A stretch of DNA of 64,000 nt from a virus. Taxonomy: Duplodnaviria > Caudoviricetes. Below are positions 1 to 9,300 of the stretch, in pieces. The stretch is taken from positions 1 to 64,000 of IMG/VR virus record IMGVR_UViG_3300037249_000541, one strand, 5' to 3'. Numbering within the stretch: the first letter of the stretch is position 1; each line of letters opens with the position of its first letter. A program made the translations under genes and the position numbers. The notes under the pieces are model-generated. The model saw only the letters and a program-made list of their open reading frames with translations. It ran no database searches and was not told the origin of the DNA.

Positions 1-3000
1 TTGTAGTTGCGTTTGCATTTGATAAAAAGCTTTTGTTCTTTAAATTTGATATGAACTTATTTACACTATTTTCGGTAAGTCTATTATCTCTATTTCTTAA
101 TTTTGATATTAAATTATTTATCTCCTTCTTCTCGGAATCAGATAATTCATTGCTGAAATTAACGACATATGATTGAAGCCTATCTGCAATATCGTCGTGA
201 TTGCCACTTTTGTAAAACCAATCATACTGTCTAAACTCCTCTTCAATCCATTTGTTTCGTCTTTCAATATTGTCGTCAAGAATATGCTTTATAAGATTAG
301 ATAAATATGAAGGATTTTTATATAAAGCATAATCTTTATTGTCAGCTCTTGTTGTGGCAGTTCTATCCTCTTCTTGTGTCGAATTATGAACTATTTTACA
401 TATTCTTTGTAAAGTATTCTTTGTTTTTGATGAATTTATATTATTAAAGAAATCGTCAATACCACCTTTCTTCTGGAATAATTCATATAACTCATGCATT
501 AATGAATCAATAGGAAACGCAGACTCTACATTGAACGATATACAATCATCAAATTCTTTTCTTGATACATTTATACCAAGACCACACACAGCCTGATATA
601 TTGTTTCAATATTATCTTGATTATCACCAAGCCACTTGACATAATCCTTATTGGACATTGTGCCTTGTTGATTAAAAGAACTACGAAGAGAACGCAACGA
701 TTTTATGAGTTCATTAGATTTTGCTTTTCCGTGCGCATCTCTCCATTCGTTGTTGTTAAATGGAGTTAACGACAGCTTTACTTGATTAGATATATTCTTT
801 AATGCGTCAATATAAGTTGTCTGTTGATTTAAAGAACCATCAAGCTCATTTAAAAGCAATGAATGTGTAGCCTGCATTTCTTGTCTAACAACTTCATCGC
901 CTTGTTTATTTTTATACGTAATAGTTTTTATATCACCATTTTCATCTCTTTTTTTATCTTTCTTATCATCAGTATAAAGGACTTCAAAGTTATTCTTTTG
1001 TTTATTAAACAGTTGAAAGAACTTTTGTTGCATACCATTGTTCTTGTTTTCTTCTTTATCAAAGTATGTTACAACTTTTTTAAATTCAGGGTGTGTTTTT
1101 GAATATTCAGAAACAATATCCATCATCTCTTGAAATGAAAACGCCTTTGTAAGTATATATTGAAGCGCATTGTAAGCTTTGTTTGCACTTATAAATACTG
1201 GCATATACATTTCATCAAGAACAACATTTTTATCTGGTGTAAGCATAGGGAATTTCTCTAAGAACTCTTTTAGTTCTTGGGATATACTCTTAAATGCGTG
1301 AGCATTCGCTGCATCAAATTGCCAAGACTCTTTTTCTTCCATTTCCTTATCCCTTACACTATCTGCATCTTCTCTTTCTTTTGAAGACGTTTTAGTGTTT
1401 CCAGATTCATCAGTAACAAGAACAAGATTGTTGTCTTTTGCATATTTAGTTATAGCATCAAATCCGAATGTGTCTATATTGTCAAGTATAATCTTATGAC
1501 CTTCCATACGAATTTTTGCTATTTTCTCGGCTTCCTCCCTACCGTCTTCAATGTTTTCTTTCTTATATTTTTTGTACGCAACCAAGTCTTTCATCGCGGC
1601 TTCAACATACCTTGCATAAGCATTCTCTTGATTTAATTGAGCTTCAATTGACTTTTTAAGGATATTTAAAACACCATTAAAACCACCAAGTGTATTAAGA
1701 GCATCGTGAAGTTTTTCTTTCTTCATCTTGCCTTTAATATTCGCCTTAATTACCTTACCAAGCAAATTTGATGTTGTATTTACATACGTTTGATATTTAC
1801 TCGAACCAAGCCTTGTTTTTAAATCGACAGAAAAGTTTGATTTTGAAACATCACCAATAGACATTATAGGAGCCTCACTTTTGTCAGCAATTATGCTATA
1901 ATCAGCAGGCATTGTTATAGTCGTCTTTGGATAAAATGAAATTTTCATTCCTTTATCGGTTGTTTCTATCTCTTTTACATAAGCTGTTGTAACATTGCCA
2001 TTATATACCACACGAATTAGGTCATTTGCTTGCAAATCGCTTAATGCAGACTTCATGGAATCAGTAAAGACTTCAACTTCAGAATTTGTTGTGAAACTTT
2101 CAATAAAATTCTTGTCGCTTATGTTATATTCTGTATTGTCAAATCCTTTTATGGTTGATACACTTTCATTATCTCCAAACTTCTCTTCGTATTCTTTAAA
2201 CAAGTCATCTACGTGAGTTATAGTCCATTGGTTTGCTTTTAAGCTTCCATCTTCATTATAAAGTTCAAGTGCCGTATCTGATTGATGAGCAGCAAAACAA
2301 TATAGACAATGGGACATACAAATGTCATTCCTTCTTAAAGCAGCAACCTTGCCTTTAAAACATGAACAATATGTTCTTTGTCCAAGAACTCCTCTTGGAG
2401 CAGAATAATCTTCTTGTTTTTCTGTAACTTCCATTCCAAGCATTTGCTGAACAGCATTTACAGAAAGACATCCAGTTTTTTCTATTGCATCACCTAATGG
2501 TATTGTATTACCATCTACATCAGTAGTGGTTTTGCTAATTACTTCTGCACAAGTTATAAGCTTTGCGCAATAATCGTCAGTTGCATAATAATCACGTAAT
2601 TCTATCATTTTAGCGGCGATAGAATCCTTTATAAACTGGTTCGCATCTTTTTTAATGTTACCATTGTTATCTTTGCCGTATTTGGTTTCAAAATAATCAT
2701 TTGGATTTTGTCCAGCCTTAATTAGAACTTCTTTAAGTTCAGGTATTAATTCATTGCCATTCTTACCACCAACAGTCATACCCTCTGGATAGTAATCAAG
2801 AATGGAGAATTTAATTTGCTTTATACCTTTTTGCTGAGCAAACTTAAATATGTTATGAACAGTATTTTTCTCCCCTTCTGCACCAGTACCAAAGTTAGTT
2901 ACATCTGGGACTATAGGGTCTACTCTTAATGTAACATCATTTGGGTCAAGATAACCCATATCAATATAATCACCTATTCTTTTAAGAAGTTCATCTGATT

Positions 3001-6000
3001 CCATAACACCTTTCTCAAAATTAGTATGACCAAGGGTTGTTATAGAGAAATGAATCTTCAATGGAATACCTTTCTCTTTACACATTTTAAGGAGTTCAAG
3101 AGTTGGCAATCCATCGTGTTTTGTAATAAGATACAAGCCATCTATATCCTTGGAAGTTACTACAACTTTCTTCTTATAATCATTTGTAGTACCTTCTGAT
3201 ATCATTCTCTTATCATCTGGGAGTTTATCATACTCTTCTTTTGTAACTCGCTGCCAAGTAGTATGATTTATTTTTCCTTCAAAGAAATTTTTAATCCATT
3301 CTACATGAAAAGCTGGGTCTGTTTGTTCGCTTGCAGCTAATATACGAGGGTATCTGAACCCTTCTTTAATATTGGGGTCAGAAGGATTTTGTAATTTCTT
3401 TCCTTTATTCCAATCGTTAACTTCAGATTGTGTGAGAATAGTTTTTTCACTATTAAGCACTCTTTCTGATTCTGCCGCATTACTATCAGTGAATGGATTG
3501 TCATTTGCATATCCATTTATACCGCTCTTGCCATAATTGTAACTTACAGTATCTGCTATAATGCGTTTTAAATCTTCGCTTTCAGTAGTTGTTCCAACTA
3601 ATGCAGTTCTTGGTTTAAATACTGGTTTTTCAACACCAGAGAAATTCCAGTTACCATCAATATTACTAACCCATATCTTTTTCTTTAAGTCATATACATA
3701 TACGGGCTTCCCTTCGTCTATTGCCATCTGCACAGCCCAAGGAGTACCTTTTGCTTCTATATGAGATTCACCTTGATGAGAACTTGATTTTTCAACTGCA
3801 TCAGCAATAGCTACAACCATATCACTTCTTCTTACCTGTTCATAATCACGAGCAAGAAACATATTGATATGCTCATCAGAAATATTGTGTTGCAATGTTT
3901 CATTAGCTTTATTGACAGCTTTTACAGCTTTATTATATTGCTCTTTTGAATAAAAAGCTTGCGTCAAGCCATATCTTTCCCTCTTCTCTTCATCTTTTTC
4001 AGAAGACAAATGAACTGTCTTGAAGCCATATTTCTTCATAGCTTCACCCCAAGTAACATCGGCTCCTCTTGCACCGCCAGAGAAAAATAGTGGTGATGGA
4101 GAATAGTTCTCAATCTTATCTTTATTCCTAAGTAAATAGCCAATCACTTGCGCGTGTGATTTAGTCTTTAAAACCTTGTCGTATAATATAGGAACATCTT
4201 CATTAGAATCATATATAACATCAAGCATAGCCATTCTAATTTCAGAAGCATTTTTAACTCCCATAATCTTGTTGGCTTCATCCATATACTCACCATTAAT
4301 AAGCCATTTGTAGAACTGCTCGGCAGATTTACCATCTTGTTCTTCTTTCCTTTGACCATAACTAAATGGATTACCTATTATATGCTTTTCCCTTATTGCT
4401 TGTGGATTCTTCCATAATGAACCATCTGCTTGATTAGCTATTCTATATGCAACTATACCATTAGTCTTTTTAACAAAGTCATTAAAGTTCCTTATTATCG
4501 CATTATAGCTATCAATGATTATATTGAATTTCTCATTCAACTTCTTTATTTCTTCTATTTGCTCTTCATCTGACTTTGGAGCACTTTTTGATTCATTCCA
4601 ATTGTCTGTCCAATTTTTACTGAATATTACATTAGAAGGAATGGGTCCAGCATCTTTGAACATCTTAATCATCTCAGCACCAGTGTAACCATTAAGTGTG
4701 GCTTCATTTAATCCATTAGTGTAGGCAACTTTAAATTGTTTATTAGGATTTTGCCTTGCTACTTCATACATTTTACGAATGTTTTTGGTAATCTGTGCTG
4801 GAGAAATGCTTTTATAGGATTTGGTATCTTTAATTATATCTGATAATGCTCTTGCCTGGGAAACTCTTGTACTTGCAAATTGGTCAGTTAAAGTTTTACC
4901 ATGAGATTTTTGGCTAAGTTCCTCTATTAATTTTGGATTTTGTTTAGCCCATTCTCTCCATAACGGTAAATATCCTTGTTCATAGGAAGCATCTTCGTTA
5001 TTTCCTGTGATAATGGTTTTATCTTTTGGAACACCAGTTTTTGAATTGTTGTCTGTAATCCAATCCCCTTGCTTTACACCATGCTGATATACAGACTCAA
5101 TAGTTCTACCACTCACATCATGTCCAAATAGCACCGTTCCTTGTTTAAATTTGGCATTTAATGCAGAGAATCTATTATCTCCTCTTGAAGATACTTCATA
5201 ACCATTGTCAGATGTTCTTGCCCAATCTGGAGTTCTAAGGTCTTTTGTAGGTAAAGCATACGAATTACCTTGCAATCCTTCTCCTTGCCTTAATTTAGCT
5301 CCAAATTGGTCTACTGCCACTTTTGCAGCACCAGCACCATGTCTACCTTCAGGATTAGAGCCAAATACAAAAATCGTATTATCATCTGGAGTTATCTTAC
5401 TTTCATAATATGTAGGAACTTGCTGACCATTTTGCTTTTCTGATAAGAACAATGGGAGTTCAACATCTTGTGAAGATATTACTTGATAATATGGTTTTAT
5501 ATTATAAGCCTTTGTTATATCTTCAATCATATTATCGAAATAAGGATATAACTCATTATCTTCGTCAAAATCTATTAAATCCTCATATCCGTCTATATTC
5601 TTAACAAAATCATAGAAACCGCCAATATTTTCAAGTGCAAATAGATATTCCTTAAAACAATTCATAATATCATTTGATAAATGTAATCCATTTGCATCAT
5701 TATCAATCAATCCGAACAAAGATGATACATCTATTCCAAATTTTTCAAATCTGTCAACAAGTTTTTCAAGTCCTTTATTTGATAAATGAAATGAATTGTC
5801 TCCACTTTTTGAAGTTATGCCTTTATCGTATACTGTGTTAAACATCCTACCAATCCTACTTAATATTGTAAGATAAATAGCAGCTGACTCATCTGTATCT
5901 GAATGGAATCTTGTTATTACTTGACTATTTTTTTTCTGTGATTCAGATAAGGTAGGCTTTTCTTCAAGATATTTGTTTGCATAATCATTTCTTATACTCT

Positions 6001-6373
6001 CTGGAAAAGCACGCTCAAAAAATCCATAGAAATCGCTATTTGTCAAGCATATTTGCTTTACAGAGTGTAAAAATGCATCAAATGCACCATATCCAAATCT
6101 TTTGTACGCAAGATAGTAGTTGTTTAACACAGACTTATATGTATCATTTCCAATAATCTTTTCAACTATTGGATTTAATTTTGCGTAATTATCACTACTT
6201 GCCCAAAATAACAATTTATTATTTGGCTCAGAAGGTATAGCGTATCCAAGGTTATAATCATCTCCTGTTATGTTCTTAACCTGAGCTGCTATTGCATCTG
6301 CATTAAGCTTGGTTGTCTTGTCATTGACACCAATAGATGCAGTAAGATTTATTTCACAAGATTTATTTTCCAT
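1..6373 (-). CDS. Giant cargo / virion RNA polymerase-type protein, N-terminal part (more than 2,100 aa, truncated by window edge), with polyvalent accessory domains
   Basis: Not in the ORF track because it has no stop in the window. ATG at 6373 (MENKSCEINLTASIG...). Same frame confirmed by hand at 6373-5881, about 5340, 4800, 4320, 4020, 3300, 2880, 2280 and 1-60. Its position after two other giant cargo genes matches crAss-like RNAP loci. No DxDxD catalytic motif seen in this part. Confidence 0.85.
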   Translation of the reverse strand, partial: MENKSCEINLTASIGVNDKTTKLNADAIAAQVKNITGDDYNLGYAIPSEPNNKLLFWASSDNYAKLNPIVEKIIGNDTYKSVLNNYYLAYKRFGYGAFDAFLHSVKQICLTNSDFYGFFERAFPESIRNDYANKYLEEKPTLSESQKKNSQVITRFHSDTDESAAIYLTILSRIGRMFNTVYDKGITSKSGDNSFHLSNKGLEKLVDRFEKFGIDVSSLFGLIDNDANGLHLSNDIMNCFKEYLFALENIGGFYDFVKNIDGYEDLIDFDEDNELYPYFDNMIEDITKAYNIKPYYQVISSQDVELPLFLSEKQNGQQVPTYYESKITPDDNTIFVFGSNPEGRHGAGAAKVAVDQFGAKLRQGEGLQGNSYALPTKDLRTPDWARTSDNGYEVSSRGDNRFSALNAKFKQGTVLFGHDVSGRTIESVYQHGVKQGDWITDNNSKTGVPKDKTIITGNNEDASYEQGYLPLWREWAKQNPKLIEELSQKSHGKTLTDQFASTRVSQARALSDIIKDTKSYKSISPAQITKNIRKMYEVARQNPNKQFKVAYTNGLNEATLNGYTGAEMIKMFKDAGPIPSNVIFSKNWTDNWNESKSAPKSDEEQIEEIKKLNEKFNIIIDSYNAIIRNFNDFVKKTNGIVAYRIANQADGSLWKNPQAIREKHIIGNPFSYGQRKEEQDGKSAEQFYKWLINGEYMDEANKIMGVKNASEIRMAMLDVIYDSNEDVPILYDKVLKTKSHAQVIGYLLRNKDKIENYSPSPLFFSGGARGADVTWGEAMKKYGFKTVHLSSEKDEEKRERYGLTQAFYSKEQYNKAVKAVNKANETLQHNISDEHINMFLARDYEQVRRSDMVVAIADAVEKSSSHQGESHIEAKGTPWAVQMAIDEGKPVYVYDLKKKIWVSNIDGNWNFSGVEKPVFKPRTALVGTTTESEDLKRIIADTVSYNYGKSGINGYANDNPFTDSNAAESERVLNSEKTILTQSEVNDWNKGKKLQNPSDPNIKEGFRYPRILAASEQTDPAFHVEWIKNFFEGKINHTTWQRVTKEEYDKLPDDKRMISEGTTNDYKKKVVVTSKDIDGLYLITKHDGLPTLELLKMCKEKGIPLKIHFSITTLGHTNFEKGVMESDELLKRIGDYIDMGYLDPNDVTLRVDPIVPDVTNFGTGAEGEKNTVHNIFKFAQQKGIKQIKFSILDYYPEGMTVGGKNGNELIPELKEVLIKAGQNPNDYFETKYGKDNNGNIKKDANQFIKDSIAAKMIELRDYYATDDYCAKLITCAEVISKTTTDVDGNTIPLGDAIEKTGCLSVNAVQQMLGMEVTEKQEDYSAPRGVLGQRTYCSCFKGKVAALRRNDICMSHCLYCFAAHQSDTALELYNEDGSLKANQWTITHVDDLFKEYEEKFGDNESVSTIKGFDNTEYNISDKNFIESFTTNSEVEVFTDSMKSALSDLQANDLIRVVYNGNVTTAYVKEIETTDKGMKISFYPKTTITMPADYSIIADKSEAPIMSIGDVSKSNFSVDLKTRLGSSKYQTYVNTTSNLLGKVIKANIKGKMKKEKLHDALNTLGGFNGVLNILKKSIEAQLNQENAYARYVEAAMKDLVAYKKYKKENIEDGREEAEKIAKIRMEGHKIILDNIDTFGFDAITKYAKDNNLVLVTDESGNTKTSSKEREDADSVRDKEMEEKESWQFDAANAHAFKSISQELKEFLEKFPMLTPDKNVVLDEMYMPVFISANKAYNALQYILTKAFSFQEMMDIVSEYSKTHPEFKKVVTYFDKEENKNNGMQQKFFQLFNKQKNNFEVLYTDDKKDKKRDENGDIKTITYKNKQGDEVVRQEMQATHSLLLNELDGSLNQQTTYIDALKNISNQVKLSLTPFNNNEWRDAHGKAKSNELIKSLRSLRSSFNQQGTMSNKDYVKWLGDNQDNIETIYQAVCGLGINVSRKEFDDCISFNVESAFPIDSLMHELYELFQKKGGIDDFFNNINSSKTKNTLQRICKIVHNSTQEEDRTATTRADNKDYALYKNPSYLSNLIKHILDDNIERRNKWIEEEFRQYDWFYKSGNHDDIADRLQSYVVNFSNELSDSEKKEINNLISKLRNRDNRLTENSVNKFISNLKNKSFLSNANATT

Positions 6374-6385
6374 ATTATTACAATA

Positions 6386-9300
6386 TTAACATTTCTTAAT
6401 TTCTGATTGCAAAGGTACTAATATTTTTTTGAACTCATCAACATCATACCCATTTTTTTGACAAAAATCATTTAGTTCCTCATCAGATTGCTTCTCTATC
6501 TCGGCAATATCATATTTCTTGAAATTTATTATATCCCTTATATCCTTTTCTCTGCCCATTACAAGCTTTGCACCTATTGCACTTGTAAAATCAGCCAACA
6601 CAAATCCATTTATAACCTTTTTCTTTACTTCCTTTGTGTAAAATATATCAACTGGATAACCATCAAATTCAAGAGTAACCATAAGACCTAAATCTGATTT
6701 ACCAAAATTCTTGACTCTTATATTGGCATATTCGCTTGAAAGCATTTTATATATTGGAGTCTTCTTCAACTCTTCCGTTAATGAAGCGAGATGCCCTTCT
6801 TTAAGACTTTTGTATACTCCCTTGTCTTTATATAAGTAATTTTTAGTTAATGTTTCATATGTTTTAACAAGGTCATCAACAGCATTTTTAACTTGCCAAG
6901 AGAAGTTGTTAAACTTCATAGTAAAGTCCAAATCATGGAAATCTTCTTCCCCAGACCTATATAAAGTACCTTGCATCCTTAACGCAGCACTTCCATCAAG
7001 AGCTGCACCAAGATTTACAAGAGTTCTATATATATTGTAATGCTCATTTGAATAAAGCTTGTCCATATCAAGAGTTTTTAATTCAAAACCTTCTTTGACG
7101 ACAGTATTATAATATTTTGAATTTTTGTCAATTATTTCATTTACAGCCTTATTTATTAATGACATATAATAATTGTCATTCTTAAATATTTTATCAAATA
7201 TATTTGATATATGATTGCTTAGTTTACCTTTTAAATCACCAAGCAAGTTTGATTGCTTTCCTTCTATCACTTTTAATATATCCCTCGAAAGGACGGCTGG
7301 ACTTGCGTCAAGACCATTCAATTCTGCCACTTTTCTAATTTCTTGTAATAAATCATCTGGCATAAGCACAGCACATACTTTTGAAAGAGCAACATTGAAT
7401 GACCTGTCACTTAAATCTGGAAATGTCATAACTTTGTTTACAAAGTCAACTACAACTTCTGCATTTTCAGTATTAAACACAGTTGAGAAACCAAGTCTTT
7501 TACAGAAATCTATCGCATCATCGCCAACTTCCTTAACAATTCTTGATGCAGTATCACCTTTTGTTGGATTGGCGAGTTCGTAATTAATTTCTGTATTTCT
7601 TACAATCTTCTTAAACCTATCAAACAATGAGGTAAAGTCTCTTACATTACCCTTATATCCAAATATTTTTAATATATCATTTATAATCTCTCTTATTCTA
7701 TCAAACAATGTGTAAGATGATTTGGATTTTGTTCTCGCAAGAGCATTCTGCAAAATTTCGTCAGACATAACTTCAGAAAATAATTCTTTTGCAGCAGATG
7801 CTCCTCTTTTGCTAAAAACATATTCTATATTTGTACCAGCAAATACAGATGGGTCTTCATTATAGGCGTCTGATATTTCATTTATAAGTTCGTTTATTGC
7901 AGATAATATCTCACGATTACCAATAATTTCCTGATGTTTGAATACATAATCAAGCATATGCATAGTCATAGGATGCACAAGCTCGTGAATAAGTGTTTTT
8001 GCAGATGCAGATTTTGGTATAATAACGACATCATCTGTTTTGTTGTAAAAACCAGTCGCATTTGGCTTTTTGCGCTTTGCTTTTAGTAATTCAAATTCCT
8101 CATCTGAAACAACTTTTACCTTTGTATTTAACCCTATATGCCTACGAATAAAGTTTACAATATCAGAGTCGATACCTTTTATACTTTCGACTATGCCAAT
8201 AAAATCATTTATTGTGTAATTGCCAATAGATAACGATAATGATTCTTCATCAGTACCAGTTACTTCTCTAAATAGCTCTTCACCAAATCCTCCATCACCT
8301 AAATCGACAATAGTTGCATCTTCTACAACTGGAGGCTTTTCAGTATACTTATTTAGCACTTGCTCAAAATGCTCAGATTCATCATCACTCATATCGTAAA
8401 CCTTACCAAATATATTTCTATATTCTGCTACATTTGAATCTATGCTATCTTTCCAACTATCATTACGTTTTTCACCACGTGCAGCCATACCGCTTGCAAA
8501 TTTATCAGCACTCATCGTGACAACAATATCAATATCGTTTTTACGATTGCGAATGAAGCGCATATCAGAAACAAGAAGTTTTTTACCTTCCTTTTTTGCT
8601 TTTTTAGTATATTCGTCAAGTTTTTCATCAAGAAGCCTATAGTATTTATCCTTGGTTTCTTTTGGCGCATTAAGTCCAGTACAATATATTGAAAGGTCTT
8701 TTGCGCTTGTACTTTTAGGTAGTCCAAAAGCTTCTGCGATTTCAGGTTTTGCAACAGAATCAAAATCTATTACCCTACTATCACCTTTTTCGTACAATGT
8801 AGTTTTGCCAGCAGTAGGGTGCGCCCATATAACAGTAGCTTCCTTAAATTCTTTGCTCCAATCTATTTGGTTCTTATTTATTCTTTTTTGTATTGTAAAT
8901 GTATTTGTATCAAAATAGTAATCGTCATTAATATCTATTGTAATCTTTGTTGACTTATCAAGTATATGTCCAATGAGCTTATTACGTAGTGCAGATGCTA
9001 TTGATTTGTTATCAACGATATTATTCGGGTCTGCAATAGACAATAATTCATCATTAGATATACTTTCTCCGTCTTTATTTACAATATCATTATTAGCATT
9101 ATCATTTTCATCAATTTGAACAAACACATAATTATTTGCTGTACCTATTGAAACTTTTGATGAATTTTTTTGTTCACCAGTGGTTTTCTTGTATGAGTCA
9201 AAAGGATTGACACTATGATATTCCTCAGTTCCACTGAAGCCTACATAAAAGTTACCATTTTCTCTACCAATATTATTGTTGCCATCGTTTGGATTTACAG

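Noticed and set aside
1-6373. Apparent 6-kb non-coding or fragmented region
   Set aside because: Artefact of the ORF track: one open minus-strand frame runs off the window edge.
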